Origin: Desulfobacca acetoxidans
Lineage (GTDB): Bacteria; Desulfobacterota; Desulfobaccia; Desulfobaccales; 0-14-0-80-60-11
Assembly: GCA_020722205.1 (NCBI GenBank)
Contig: DYLF01000005.1
Span: 1 to 59,490, forward strand
Direction of reading: 5' to 3'
Length of the DNA stretch: 59,490 bases
The first letter of the stretch is position 1; each line of letters begins with the position of its first letter. Made by a program: the position numbers and the translations under genes. Positions 19,483 through 29,396 of this stretch are shown in pieces. The notes under the pieces were generated by a model. It was not told where the DNA came from, did not search any database, and saw nothing but the letters and a program-made list of their open reading frames with translations.

Positions 19483-19530
19483 TTATAAAGTTATATTTTG
19501 CCCCCTTGGTGCGCCCGGTCGGGGCCGTTG

Positions 19531-19605
19531 GCTGGCGTAGCTCAATGGCAGAGCGGCTGATTTGTAATCAGCAGGTTGCGGGTTCGACTCCCATCGCCAG
19601 CTCCA
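19531..19605 (+). tRNA. tRNA-Thr (anticodon UGU)
   Basis: GCTGGCGTAGCTCAATGGCAGAGCGGCTGATTTGTAATCAGCAGGTTGCGGGTTCGACTCCCATCGCCAGCTCCA. Anticodon loop TTTGTAA. There is one C-A mismatch in the T stem. Confidence 0.85.
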
Positions 19606-19701
19606 TTACTCTGTCTTGGGTGAGGATAGAGAGTATTGGCTCTTGCTCCTTCTGACTTGGCCATTAATGGGTAGCTTGTTATTTAAATGGAAACCCCTCA
19701 G

Positions 19702-19726
19702 CCCCCCTTTTAAACGGGGGGATTTT
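19702..19726 (+). terminator. terminator-like hairpin inside the tRNA cluster
   Basis: CCCCCC (19702-07), an 8-nt loop, GGGGGG (19716-21), then ATTTT (19722-26). Confidence 0.3.
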
Positions 19727-19784
19727 AGGCTGTAGCAAAGTCCAGGCTAATTTTAATTTGTCCGGCAAACATTATACCAGGATG

Positions 19785-19869
19785 GGAGAGGTTCCCGAGT
19801 GGCCAAAGGGGGCAGACTGTAAATCTGCTGGCACCGCCTTCGGAGGTTCGAATCCTCCCCTCTCCACCA
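19785..19869 (+). tRNA. tRNA-Tyr (anticodon GUA)
   Basis: GGAGAGGTTCCCGAGTGGCCAAAGGGGGCAGACTGTAAATCTGC...GGAGGTTCGAATCCTCCCCTCTCCACCA. It has a long variable arm and anticodon loop CTGTAAA. Confidence 0.9.
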
Positions 19870-19916
19870 GAGCAAGCACTAAGGGCTGGGGTATCAAAGC
19901 GCTTCCTGGATTAGTG

Positions 19917-19993
19917 GCGGGAATAGCTCAATTGGCCAGAGCATCAGCCTTCCAAGCTGAGGGTTGCGGGTTCGAGCCCCGTTTCCCGCTCCA
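19917..19993 (+). tRNA. tRNA-Gly (anticodon UCC)
   Basis: GCGGGAATAGCTCAATTGGCCAGAGCATCAGCCTTCCAAGCTGAGGGTTGCGGGTTCGAGCCCCGTTTCCCGCTCCA. Anticodon loop CTTCCAA. Confidence 0.9.
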
Positions 19994-19996
19994 AGG

Positions 19997-20073
19997 GCCC
20001 ACGTAGCTCAGTAGGTAGAGCACTTCCTTGGTAAGGAAGAGGTTCACCGGTTCAATCCCGGTCGTGGGCTCCA
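19997..20073 (+). tRNA. tRNA-Thr (anticodon GGU)
   Basis: GCCCACGTAGCTCAGTAGGTAGAGCACTTCCTTGGTAAGGAAGAGGTTCACCGGTTCAATCCCGGTCGTGGGCTCCA. Anticodon loop TTGGTAA. Confidence 0.9.
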
Positions 20074-20367
20074 TTAAATGAATACAGGCAAGGGGCGAGA
20101 AACAAGAGAGTTCCAATACAATAATGGAAAATTGTGGCCGCGGTTGGCGGCGGCCAGTTGGTCAGGGGACCAGTAAAGAAAACAGCTAACATTGCTGCGG
20201 GGCGTTTTCGGACGTACTGAGGGGAATTTCTTGAGGGACCACAGCACCTCAAATGGTACGTTGCTTAGTGCACGCCGCACCAGCTAATGATAAGCGGAAA
20301 ATAGAAAAGAAATTACTTGCTTAGCCCGGGAGCCGGATTCCGTGGACAAAAAAACACCGGAGAAGAG

Positions 20368-21563
20368 AGATGGCCAAGAAAAAGTTTGAGAGGACCAAGC
20401 CGCATGTGAACGTGGGGACGATCGGTCACATCGATCATGGCAAGACGACCCTGACTTCGGCCATTACCAAACACTTGGCCAAGAAGGGCATGGCTGCTTA
20501 TATTCCCTTTGACCAGATCGACAAGGCGCCGGAAGAGAAAGAGCGGGGGATTACCATTGCCTTGGCACACGTCGAATATGAGACCCCCCATCGCCACTAT
20601 GCCCACGTGGACTGCCCGGGCCATGCGGACTACATCAAGAATATGATTACCGGTGCGGCCCAGATGGACGGGGCCATTTTGGTGGTGGGGGCCGATGACG
20701 GTCCCATGCCCCAGACCCGGGAGCACATTTTGTTGGCCCGCCAGGTAGGGGTGCCCTATATTGTGGTGTTCCTGAACAAGGTGGACATGGTGGATGACCC
20801 GGAGCTTATCGAGTTGGTGGAGCTGGAACTCCGGGAGTTGCTGTCCAAGTATGATTTTCCGGGCGATGACATTCCCATCATCAAGGGTTCAGCCTTGAAG
20901 GCCTTGGAGGCGGACGATTTCAACGCCCCGGAGGTGAAACCCATCTTTGAGCTCATAGAGGCCCTGGACCACTATATTCCGGAGCCGCTGCGGGCAGTGG
21001 ACAAGCCTTTCCTGATGCCCATCGAGGATGTGTTCAGCATCTCCGGCCGGGGCACGGTGGTGACCGGCCGGGTGGAGCGCGGGCAGATCAAGGTGGGGGA
21101 CGAAGTGGAGATAGTGGGCTTTGCCCCCACCCAGAAGACGGTGGTTACCGGGGTGGAGATGTTCCGTAAGACGCTGGACTATGGCCAGGCGGGAGACAAC
21201 GTGGGCCTGCTGCTGCGCGGCATCAAGAAGGATGAGGTGGAGCGGGGTCAGGTGGTGGCCAAACCGGGCTCCATCACGCCCCACACTAAGTTCAAGGCCG
21301 AGGTCTATGTGCTCACCAAAGAGGAAGGTGGGCGCCATACCCCGTTTTTTGCCGGCTATCGCCCCCAGTTTTATCTGCGCACCACTGACGTCACCGGGGT
21401 GGTGACGCTGCCCGCAGGTGTAGAGATGGTGATGCCGGGTGACAATGTCTCCCTTGAGGTGCACCTCATCACTCCGGTGGCACTGGAGAAAGAACTGCGC
21501 TTCGCCATCCGGGAGGGCGGTCGCACCGTCGGCGCCGGCGTGGTAAGCGATATCATCGAGTAG
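20368..21563. repeat. 1196-bp exact duplicate (tuf copy 1) of 36852-38047
   Basis: The EF-Tu translations are identical, and so are the shadow ORFs in other frames and on the other strand (20889-21464 vs 37373-37948, 21121-21405 vs 37605-37889, 20756-20956 vs 37240-37440). Flanking sequence diverges 2 nt before the ATG and right after the TAG. Confidence 0.9.
20370..21563 (+). CDS. tuf: elongation factor Tu (copy 1, tufB-like context)
   Basis: 397 aa. [18 protein letters not shown] and NKVD GTPase motifs. The gene follows the Thr-Tyr-Gly-Thr tRNA cluster. Confidence 0.98.
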   Translation: MAKKKFERTKPHVNVGTIGHIDHGKTTLTSAITKHLAKKGMAAYIPFDQIDKAPEEKERGITIALAHVEYETPHRHYAHVDCPGHADYIKNMITGAAQMDGAILVVGADDGPMPQTREHILLARQVGVPYIVVFLNKVDMVDDPELIELVELELRELLSKYDFPGDDIPIIKGSALKALEADDFNAPEVKPIFELIEALDHYIPEPLRAVDKPFLMPIEDVFSISGRGTVVTGRVERGQIKVGDEVEIVGFAPTQKTVVTGVEMFRKTLDYGQAGDNVGLLLRGIKKDEVERGQVVAKPGSITPHTKFKAEVYVLTKEEGGRHTPFFAGYRPQFYLRTTDVTGVVTLPAGVEMVMPGDNVSLEVHLITPVALEKELRFAIREGGRTVGAGVVSDIIE

Positions 21564-21566
21564 ATT

Positions 21567-21716
21567 ATGAGAGAAATCGTCACCTTATCCTGCACAACCT
21601 GTAAACGTCGCAACTATACGACCACCAAAAACAAGAGACGGACGCCCGACCGCTTGAATTTCAAGAAATACTGTTCTTTCTGTCGGAGCCACACCCTCCA
21701 TCGAGAGACCAAGTAG
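21567..21716 (+). CDS. rpmG: 50S ribosomal protein L33
   Basis: Not in the ORF track because it is under 60 aa. [49 protein letters not shown], a zinc-ribbon (CxxC...CxxC) L33. It starts 3 nt after the tuf stop. Confidence 0.9.
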   Translation: MREIVTLSCTTCKRRNYTTTKNKRRTPDRLNFKKYCSFCRSHTLHRETK

Positions 21717-21724
21717 AGAAATGC

Positions 21725-21801
21725 AGGCCAGTAGCTCGAACGGCTAGAGCACCGGTCTCCAAAACCGGGGGATGGGGGTTCGAATCCCTCCTGGCCTGCC
21801 A
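21725..21801 (+). tRNA. tRNA-Trp (anticodon CCA)
   Basis: AGGCCAGTAGCTCGAACGGCTAGAGCACCGGTCTCCAAAACCGGGGGATGGGGGTTCGAATCCCTCCTGGCCTGCCA. Anticodon loop CTCCAAA. Confidence 0.9.
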
Positions 21802-21996
21802 AAGGAATGGCAACCGCGACGTCAACGTCAGGACCTATCAGGTTAGGGCCACTTGCCTGGAAAAACTCTCCTTGATATCAATGGATTTTGGCACTTGGCG
21901 TAACCACAGGTTGGGGATACCTCTTGCCGAGGCGACCAAGACGGCCTGCTGGAGGCGGTTTTCCGCCGGCGAAGGAGGAGAGGCGAGCGAGGTAAG

Positions 21997-22317
21997 ATGA
22001 GCAAGAATAGAGGGAAGGCCAAGCGTCCCCCCAAAGAGGGGGGGACAGGTTCTGCCAAAGGCCAGATCATAAAACTAAGGCCTGGGAAAGCCAAGGATTC
22101 CTGGCTGAAAAAACTGGCTGTAGTGAAAGACTGGCTGATCAGCGGTCGGCAATTTGTCCGGGAGGCGATACAGGAGCTGAGGAAAGTCACCTGGCCGGGC
22201 CGCAAGGAAACCTTGGGAGCCACAGCCGTGGTGCTGTTCTTGGTCCTCGTAGTGTCAGTCTTTCTAGGTCTGGTGGATTTTGGCCTCTCCCGCTTGGTAC
22301 GGCAGGTCATACGTTAG
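21997..22317 (+). CDS. secE: preprotein translocase subunit SecE
   Basis: 106 aa. ELRKVTWPGRKE motif followed by a single C-terminal TM segment. It sits in the canonical position upstream of nusG, with a GAGGT SD 4 nt upstream. Confidence 0.85.
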   Translation: MSKNRGKAKRPPKEGGTGSAKGQIIKLRPGKAKDSWLKKLAVVKDWLISGRQFVREAIQELRKVTWPGRKETLGATAVVLFLVLVVSVFLGLVDFGLSRLVRQVIR

Positions 22318-22332
22318 TCAAAGGTATAAACC

Positions 22333-22863
22333 ATGGCTCAGAAGTGGTACATCATCCATACCTACTCCGGGTTTGAACAGAAAGTAAAAAATTCCATTCT
22401 GGATCGAGCCAAATCCATGGGCATGGAGCATCTGATCAGCGAAGTGTTGGTTCCCACAGAGACCGTGGAGGAGATGGTCAAAGGGGAGCGCAAACTTTCG
22501 GCTCGCAAGTTCTATCCTGGCTATGTTCTGGTGCGCATGGAATTGACCGACGAATCCTGGCATTTGGTGAAAGATACCCCAAAAGTGACGGGGTTTGTGG
22601 GGAGTAAAACCGAACCGGTGGCGATCCCCGAGGCGGAGGCAGAAAAAATCATCACTCAGATACAGGAGGGCATCCTGAAGCCCAAACCCAAGATCAGATT
22701 TGAGCCCGGAGATAAGGTTCAGGTTATGGATGGGCCCTTCACCAATTTCACCGGCGTGGTGGATGAAGTCAGGGCGGACCGGGGTCGGGTCAAGGTGATG
22801 ATCAGCGTCTTTGGCCGCCCTACACCCGTGGAGCTGGAGTTTACGCAGTTGGAAAGAATCTAG
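22333..22863 (+). CDS. nusG: transcription termination/antitermination factor NusG
   Basis: [21 protein letters not shown] start and a C-terminal KOW ([18 protein letters not shown]). 176 aa. Confidence 0.97.
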   Translation: MAQKWYIIHTYSGFEQKVKNSILDRAKSMGMEHLISEVLVPTETVEEMVKGERKLSARKFYPGYVLVRMELTDESWHLVKDTPKVTGFVGSKTEPVAIPEAEAEKIITQIQEGILKPKPKIRFEPGDKVQVMDGPFTNFTGVVDEVRADRGRVKVMISVFGRPTPVELEFTQLERI

Positions 22864-22872
22864 GAGCTGAGA

Positions 22873-23301
22873 ATGGCCAAAAAAGTAGTAGCCCAGATAA
22901 AGTTACAATTGCCGGCGGGCCAAGCCACCCCCTCACCGCCGGTGGGTCCGGCCTTGGGACAGCACGGTGTCAACATCATGGAATTTGTCAAAAGTTATAA
23001 TGCCCGCACCGCCGGCCAGGAGGGCACCGTCATCCCGGTGGTGATCACAGTATATGCCGACCGCTCTTTTACATTCGTCACCAAAACGCCGCCGGCTCCG
23101 GTATTGCTTCGTCAGGCAGCACAGTTGGCCAAAGGCTCTAAGGAGGCCGGTCGGGAAAAGGCAGGTCAAATTACCAAGGCCCAACTCATGGAAATTGCCC
23201 GGCAGAAACTGCCGGACCTCAATACCACCGACCTGGCCATGGCCATGAAAACTATCGCCGGGACCGCCCGCAGTATGGGGATTGAGATTGTCGAACAGTA
23301 G
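22873..23301 (+). CDS. rplK: 50S ribosomal protein L11
   Basis: [38 protein letters not shown] is the conserved L11 N-terminus. Confidence 0.98.
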   Translation: MAKKVVAQIKLQLPAGQATPSPPVGPALGQHGVNIMEFVKSYNARTAGQEGTVIPVVITVYADRSFTFVTKTPPAPVLLRQAAQLAKGSKEAGREKAGQITKAQLMEIARQKLPDLNTTDLAMAMKTIAGTARSMGIEIVEQ

Positions 23302-23361
23302 TAAGACGTGAAGTGGGAGCGTTCTGCTCACGGCTCATGACTTAGTTTTAGGGAGTAAAAG

Positions 23362-24072
23362 ATGGCCAACAGAGGCAAGAGATATCGTCAGGTAGCCGAA
23401 AAGGTGGCACCCGGCCGCCGATATAATTTTTCTGAGGCAGTGGGCCTGGCGCTGGAAACCTCTAACGTTAAGTTTGACGAAACGCTGGACATTGCCGTCT
23501 GCCTGGGGGTCAATCCCCGTCATGCGGACCAGATGGTGCGTGGCGCCGTGGTTCTGCCCCAAGGCACTGGCAAGAGTGTCCGGGTGCTGGTATTTGCCAA
23601 AGGAGAGAAGGAAAGAGAAGCCCTGGATGCCGGGGCTGACGTGGTGGGGGCCGAAGACCTCATCAGCCGCATTCAAGGAGGGTGGCTGGAGTTTGACAAG
23701 GCCGTGGCCACACCGGACCTCATGGGCCAAGTGGGGCGGTTGGGCAAGATCCTGGGCCCCCGGGGGTTAATGCCCAATGTCAAGGTGGGGACAGTGACTT
23801 TTGATGTGGCTAAGGCCGTCAAAGAACTAAAAGGCGGTAAAGTGGAATTCCGGGTCGACCGAGCTGGAGTGGTTCACGCCCCCGTAGGTAAGGTGTCTTT
23901 TGGCACAGACCGGCTGTTACACAATCTGGCGGCTTTCTTGGACATGCTGGTGCGTCTCAAGCCCACCACCAGCAAAGGCACTTATCTGAAGAGCATCCAT
24001 CTCTCCACCACCATGGGGCCGGGAATTCCGGTAGATGTTGCCGACGTCAAAAATCTGGTGCGGCTCCTGTAA
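23362..24072 (+). CDS. rplA: 50S ribosomal protein L1
   Basis: 236 aa. MANRGKRY...[24 protein letters not shown] is an L1 pattern, and the gene follows rplK. Confidence 0.98.
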   Translation: MANRGKRYRQVAEKVAPGRRYNFSEAVGLALETSNVKFDETLDIAVCLGVNPRHADQMVRGAVVLPQGTGKSVRVLVFAKGEKEREALDAGADVVGAEDLISRIQGGWLEFDKAVATPDLMGQVGRLGKILGPRGLMPNVKVGTVTFDVAKAVKELKGGKVEFRVDRAGVVHAPVGKVSFGTDRLLHNLAAFLDMLVRLKPTTSKGTYLKSIHLSTTMGPGIPVDVADVKNLVRLL

Positions 24073-24088
24073 AAGAAGGAGGCTGGCG

Positions 24089-24634
24089 TTGTTGAAGCCA
24101 CAAATAGAGAAGAAAAACAAGATCGTGCAAGAGTTGGCAACCATGGCCACTCAAGCTCACATCGGTATCCTGGCCGACTTCACCGGACTAACGGTGAGGT
24201 CCATGGGCCAGCTCCGGAGAATGGTGAAAGAAGCCTCAGGTGAAGTGAAGGTGGTGAAAAACACCTTACTCACCCGGGCCGCCGCCGCGCCGGGCTCGCT
24301 TTTGGCACCGCTGACCTCCCAGTTTACCGGCCCCAATGCTCTGACCTTGGGATATGCCGACCCGGTGGCGTTGGCCAAGATCCTGGTCAAGTTTGCTCAG
24401 GAGCAACCCTTGCTGAAGATCAAAGGTGGAGCCTTGGGAGGCCAAGTCCTGAGTGTCCAGGATATTGAAGCCCTCTCCAAGCTGCCTGGACGGGAGGTGC
24501 TCCTGGCGCAACTCCTGGGCCTCTTGCAAGGAGTACCGACCGCTCTCGTGATGGTATTGGCGGGAGTCATCCGGAAGCTTCTCCACGTGCTGGAGGCAAT
24601 TAAAGCTCAAAAAGAAAAAGCTGTCAGCAATTAG
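24089..24634 (+). CDS. rplJ: 50S ribosomal protein L10
   Basis: A TTG at 24089 (or 24092) lies 6-9 nt after AGGAGG (24077-82). The product KPQIEKKNKIVQEL... is L10-like. The ORF track start at 24035 lies inside rplA and I rejected it. Confidence 0.93.
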   Translation: MLKPQIEKKNKIVQELATMATQAHIGILADFTGLTVRSMGQLRRMVKEASGEVKVVKNTLLTRAAAAPGSLLAPLTSQFTGPNALTLGYADPVALAKILVKFAQEQPLLKIKGGALGGQVLSVQDIEALSKLPGREVLLAQLLGLLQGVPTALVMVLAGVIRKLLHVLEAIKAQKEKAVSN

Positions 24635-24709
24635 CCAATAGTTTAATGGACACCTAGCCGTTGGCAATGGGTCGTTGAAAATTGGCTAAGATTAAGGAGG
24701 AACAAAATA

Positions 24710-25093
24710 ATGCCTATCGACCGAGCCGAATTAGTGGATTTCCTGGCCAACATGACGGTGTTGGAACTTTCTCAGCTCATTAAGGAGTTGGAAGAAAAGT
24801 TTGGCGTCTCCGCGGCGGCGCCGATGGCGGTGGCGCCAGCAGCCGCCCCGGCCGCCGCTGCAGCCCCGGTGGAAGAGGAAAAAACCGAATTCGACGTGGT
24901 TTTGACCGCCTGCGGCCCTAATAAGATTCAAGTCATTAAAGAAGTCAGGACTATCACCAGCCTGGGATTGAAAGAAGCCAAAGAGGCGGTGGAAAACGTC
25001 CCTACGGTCTTGAAGGAAGCTGTTTCCAAAGCTGAGGCCGAAGAAATCAAAAAGAAACTGGTTGACCAAGGAGCCACCGTCGAAATTAAATAA
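24710..25093 (+). CDS. rplL: 50S ribosomal protein L7/L12
   Basis: 127 aa with an Ala/Pro hinge ([19 protein letters not shown]) and a conserved C-terminal domain ending GATVEIK. Confidence 0.98.
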   Translation: MPIDRAELVDFLANMTVLELSQLIKELEEKFGVSAAAPMAVAPAAAPAAAAAPVEEEKTEFDVVLTACGPNKIQVIKEVRTITSLGLKEAKEAVENVPTVLKEAVSKAEAEEIKKKLVDQGATVEIK

Positions 25094-25094
25094 G

Positions 25095-25115
25095 GACCGG
25101 AGACCGGAGACCGGG
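25095..25115. repeat. 7-nt tandem repeat GACCGGA GACCGGA GACCGGG
   Basis: Three units starting 2 nt after the rplL stop, in the 65-nt rplL-rpoB spacer. Confidence 0.7.
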
Positions 25116-25158
25116 GTCACCAGCCCTGCCCCCCCGTCCCCACTCTCCTGTCCGGGGA

Positions 25159-28100
25159 GTGCCCATGGCGCAAGTACTATCGCCCTTAAGACTTTATCGC
25201 AAGGGTTTCGGCAAAATTGAACGGATAGTGGACATCTCTAATCTCATTGAGATGCAGAAAGAGTCCTATAACCGTTTCCTGCAGAAAGATCAGCCCCCCT
25301 CCGAGCGACAGAATTACGGACTCCAGGGTGTCTTTAAGAGCGTCTTTCCCATCCAGGATTTCAGCGGCTCCTGTTCACTGGAGTTTGTGGATTACAACCT
25401 GGGGGATCCAAAGTATGAAGTGGATGAATGTCTACAGCGGGGCATGACTTATGAAGTGCCCATGAAGCTCAGGGTGCGCCTGGTCGTCTATGAGATCGGG
25501 CTGGACTCCAAACCGCAAGCCATCCGTGATATCAAAGAGCAGGAGATTTATTTCGGTACCCTGCCGTTAATGACGGAACACGGCACTTTTATCATCAACG
25601 GCACGGAGAGGGTGGTGGTCAGTCAACTGCACCGCTCTCCTGGGCTCTTCATCGATCACGATCGGGCGAAAATCCATTCCAGCGGCAAGATCATTTATTC
25701 GGCGCGGTTGATTCCGCTGCGGGGGTCGTGGATTGATTTTGAATTTGACCCTAAGGACGTCCTTTATGTCCGCATTGACCGTCGGCGCAAGTTCCATGCC
25801 ACTATTCTCCTTAAGGCTCTGGGATACAGCACTGAACAATTGCTCAACTTCTTCTACACCACGGAAAAGATCTATCTGGACGAAGAATCGATCCGCCGCC
25901 GCCTAATCCCCCAATTGCTTCTGGACCGCATTGCCCCCACCGATATCCAGGCCCCAAAAACCAGGGAAGTTCTGGTAAAAAAGGGAAAGAGAGTGACCCA
26001 GGCGGCTCTCCAAAAGATGGAGAAGGCAGGTGTGGAGTTCCTGCCGATTTCGGCGGCGGAGCTGGTGGGCCGGGTGGTGGCCCATGACATTCTTGACCCG
26101 GAGTCCGGTGAACCACTGGCCCTGTGCAACGAAATGCTCTCTGAGGAGAAGGTGAAATTTCTGCAAAGCCGCGGGGTTAGAGAACTGGACCTCCTTTACA
26201 TTGACGGCGTCAATGTAAGCCCCTGCTTGCGCAACACTTTGTCAGCGGACAAGGTCAGCAACCCGAAGGAAGCCATCCTGGAGATTTACCGCCGACTGCG
26301 TCCCAGCAATCGGCCTAACGAAGAAGTAGCACTGCTCTTCTTCCAGAACCTGTTTTTTAACCCCGAACACTATGATCTTTCCCCGGTGGGGCGGCTCAAA
26401 CTTGATCTGAGACTGAGGCGGCCGGAGGAACGCCTCCCCCTCTCTCATACCACACTTACACGGGAAGATATCCTGCTGGCGGTAAGGGAACTGATCAATC
26501 AGAAAGACCGGGAAGGACCGGTGGATGACATCGACCATTTAGGCAACCGGCGAGTCCGGACCGTGGGCGAACTGCTGGAGAATCAGTTCCGGGTGGGGTT
26601 GGTGCGCATGGAACGGGCCATCAAAGAACGGATGGCCATTCAGGACCTGGATACCCTGATGCCTCACGACCTGATCAATGCCAAGCCTGTGCAGGCCGTC
26701 ATCAAAGAGTTTTTTGGCACCAGCCAGTTATCCCAGTTCATGGATCAAACCAACCCCGTGTCTGAAATTACTCACAAACGCCGACTCTCTGCCCTGGGGC
26801 CGGGGGGGTTAACCCGCGAACGGGCCGGTTTTGAAGTGCGGGATGTGCATCCCACGCACTATGGTCGTATCTGTCCCATTGAGACCCCGGAAGGTCCCAA
26901 CATCGGACTCATCGTCTCTTTAAGCACCTACGCCAGGGTCAATGAGTTCGGATTCATTGAAACCCCCTACCGGGTGGTGGAAAAACACAAAGTCAACAAC
27001 AAAATTGTGGCTCGGGTGACTCGAGAAGTTCAATATCTGACTGCCCTCCAGGAAGAGGACAAGGTCATTGCGCAGGCCAATGCCAGCCTAGATGAGGAGG
27101 GCCGGTTCACCACGGATCTGGTGCAGGCCCGCCAAGGGGGACAATACGTCATGGTCACCCCTGATAAGGTTGACTATATGGACGTCTCTCCCAGCCAATT
27201 GGTATCGGTGGCAGCTTCTCTCATCCCCTTTCTGGAACACGACGATGCCAACCGGGCTCTCATGGGGTCCAACATGCAACGTCAGGCGGTGCCCTTGCTC
27301 ACCAGCAGCTCCCCCCTTATCGGCACCGGCATGGAAGCAGTGGTGGCTCGTGACTCCGGGGTGACATTGGTGGCCCGGCGCAGCGGCTATGTGGAAGACG
27401 TGGATGCTACCCGGGTGGTCGTCCGCGCCGCCGATTCAGGCAACGGCGCCAATGACTCACCGGTGGATATCTACAAGCTGGTGAAATTTCAACGTACCAA
27501 TCAGAATACCTGCTTTAACCAGCGTCCCATCGTCCGCCGCGGCGACTGGGTAGAAAAGGGCCAGATCATCGCCGACGGGCCGGCGACGGAAATGGGAGAA
27601 CTGGCCCTGGGGAAAAATGTCATGGTGGCCTTCATGCCCTGGGGCGGTTATAACTTTGAAGACTCCATCCTGGTTAGTGAGCGTCTGGTGCGGGATGACG
27701 TTTTTACCTCAATCCATATTGAGGAATTTGAGGTCATGGCCCGTGACACCAAGCTGGGGAAGGAAGAAATAACCCGTGATATCCCCAACGTCGGAGAAGA
27801 CGCCCTGCGCAATCTGGATGAGAGCGGCATTATCCGCATCGGCGCCGAAGTCCGACCCGGTGACATCCTGGTGGGGAAAATTACTCCCAAAGGGGAAACC
27901 CAACTGACTCCGGAAGAAAAATTGCTGCGGGCCATCTTTGGCGAAAAGGCCGGCGATGTCAAAGACACCTCCTTGCGGGTGCCGCCGGGCATCGAAGGAG
28001 TAGTCATTGATGCCCGCGTCTTTTCCCGCAAAGGCGTGGAAAAAGACGACCGCAGCCGTTCCATTGAAGACGAAGCCGTGGCCAAACTGCAGAAAGATCA

Positions 28101-29316
28101 AGCCGACGAAATCGCCATCATCACCCAAAGCCATCGCCAGAAATTGGCGCAGCTGGTGGCAGGCCAAAAATTAGCTGACGCCCTCTATGATGACCGGCAA
28201 GAGACGGTCATTCTGGAAAAGGGCGCGGTTGTCAAGGAGGAGCTGGTCCTTACCCGCCCCTTGGAGTTTTGGCGCCACGTTTCTTTCGTGGAACCCGGTC
28301 TGGAAGATCAGGTGGACGAACTCTTGGAACGCTACCAAGAGCAAGTCCACTGGGTCACCATGATGTTTGAAGCCAGACTCTCCCGTCTCAGGAAGGTGGA
28401 TGAACTGCCCCCAGGAGTCATCAAGAAGGTCAAGGTCTTCGTGGCTATGAAACGCAAACTGGCTGTCGGCGATAAAATGGCTGGCCGCCACGGCAACAAA
28501 GGGGTAGTCTCTCGCATCTTACCGGAAGAGGACATGCCCTATTTTGAAGACGGCACACCCGTGGACATCGTCCTCAACCCTCTGGGAGTGCCGTCCCGCA
28601 TGAACGTCGGTCAAGTAATGGAAACCCATCTGGGCTGGGCTTCTTATGCTTTGGGCCGGCAGATCGGCGAGATGATCGACCGCTATTACAGTCTGGATAA
28701 TATTAAAAACCGCCTGAAACGCATCTGGAAAAACCAGACGCTGGCACAGGAGCTGGACAAACTCACCTACGAGGAGTTGCGGGAAATCTGGCTGAAACAT
28801 TATAAGAACGGGCTCCATATAGCCTCTCCGGTGTTTGACGGCGCCACCGAAGAGGAAGTGCGGACCTTCCTGAAGGAAGCCGGCTTACCAATAGGCGGCC
28901 AGACCAGATTGATCGACGGCCGCAGCGGCGAGCCGTTCGACCGGGAAGTGACCGTGGGCGTGATGTACATGATGAAGCTTCATCACCTGGTAGCCGATAA
29001 AATCCATGCCAGGTCCATCGGCCCTTACTCCCTGGTGACCCAACAACCCCTGGGTGGCAAAGCCCAATTCGGCGGGCAACGTCTGGGTGAAATGGAAGTC
29101 TGGGCCCTCGAAGCCTATGGCGCGGCTTATACCCTTCAGGAATTTCTAACAGTCAAGTCCGATGATGTGGCCGGTCGTACCCGGATGTATGAAAAGATTT
29201 TCAAAGGTGAGTACGATTTGGAAGCCGGCCTGCCGGAGTCCTTTAATGTCTTGGTGCGGGAACTTAAAAGTCTGGCGCTCAATATTGAGTTGGTAAAAAA
29301 GCAGTCAAACAGCTAA
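25159..29316 (+). CDS. rpoB: DNA-directed RNA polymerase subunit beta
   Basis: 1385 aa with canonical beta motifs (for example [28 protein letters not shown]). GTG at 25159; the ATG at 25165 (MAQV...) with GGGGAG upstream is an equally plausible start. Confidence 0.98.
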   Translation: MPMAQVLSPLRLYRKGFGKIERIVDISNLIEMQKESYNRFLQKDQPPSERQNYGLQGVFKSVFPIQDFSGSCSLEFVDYNLGDPKYEVDECLQRGMTYEVPMKLRVRLVVYEIGLDSKPQAIRDIKEQEIYFGTLPLMTEHGTFIINGTERVVVSQLHRSPGLFIDHDRAKIHSSGKIIYSARLIPLRGSWIDFEFDPKDVLYVRIDRRRKFHATILLKALGYSTEQLLNFFYTTEKIYLDEESIRRRLIPQLLLDRIAPTDIQAPKTREVLVKKGKRVTQAALQKMEKAGVEFLPISAAELVGRVVAHDILDPESGEPLALCNEMLSEEKVKFLQSRGVRELDLLYIDGVNVSPCLRNTLSADKVSNPKEAILEIYRRLRPSNRPNEEVALLFFQNLFFNPEHYDLSPVGRLKLDLRLRRPEERLPLSHTTLTREDILLAVRELINQKDREGPVDDIDHLGNRRVRTVGELLENQFRVGLVRMERAIKERMAIQDLDTLMPHDLINAKPVQAVIKEFFGTSQLSQFMDQTNPVSEITHKRRLSALGPGGLTRERAGFEVRDVHPTHYGRICPIETPEGPNIGLIVSLSTYARVNEFGFIETPYRVVEKHKVNNKIVARVTREVQYLTALQEEDKVIAQANASLDEEGRFTTDLVQARQGGQYVMVTPDKVDYMDVSPSQLVSVAASLIPFLEHDDANRALMGSNMQRQAVPLLTSSSPLIGTGMEAVVARDSGVTLVARRSGYVEDVDATRVVVRAADSGNGANDSPVDIYKLVKFQRTNQNTCFNQRPIVRRGDWVEKGQIIADGPATEMGELALGKNVMVAFMPWGGYNFEDSILVSERLVRDDVFTSIHIEEFEVMARDTKLGKEEITRDIPNVGEDALRNLDESGIIRIGAEVRPGDILVGKITPKGETQLTPEEKLLRAIFGEKAGDVKDTSLRVPPGIEGVVIDARVFSRKGVEKDDRSRSIEDEAVAKLQKDQADEIAIITQSHRQKLAQLVAGQKLADALYDDRQETVILEKGAVVKEELVLTRPLEFWRHVSFVEPGLEDQVDELLERYQEQVHWVTMMFEARLSRLRKVDELPPGVIKKVKVFVAMKRKLAVGDKMAGRHGNKGVVSRILPEEDMPYFEDGTPVDIVLNPLGVPSRMNVGQVMETHLGWASYALGRQIGEMIDRYYSLDNIKNRLKRIWKNQTLAQELDKLTYEELREIWLKHYKNGLHIASPVFDGATEEEVRTFLKEAGLPIGGQTRLIDGRSGEPFDREVTVGVMYMMKLHHLVADKIHARSIGPYSLVTQQPLGGKAQFGGQRLGEMEVWALEAYGAAYTLQEFLTVKSDDVAGRTRMYEKIFKGEYDLEAGLPESFNVLVRELKSLALNIELVKKQSNS

Positions 29317-29396
29317 TGAGACCATGCCGCCAGTGACCACTGGCCGGCAATGGCGGCTGGCGGTTATTGGCTGTCGCCTTCTACAGGATACAAGAT

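Noticed and set aside
29326-29357. GCCGCCA/TGGCGGC 7-bp stem in the rpoB-rpoC spacer, as an RNase III-type processing site.
   Set aside because: The stem is short, has competing alternative pairings (CAGT/ACTG), and I cannot assess conservation. It is noted but not reported as a feature.
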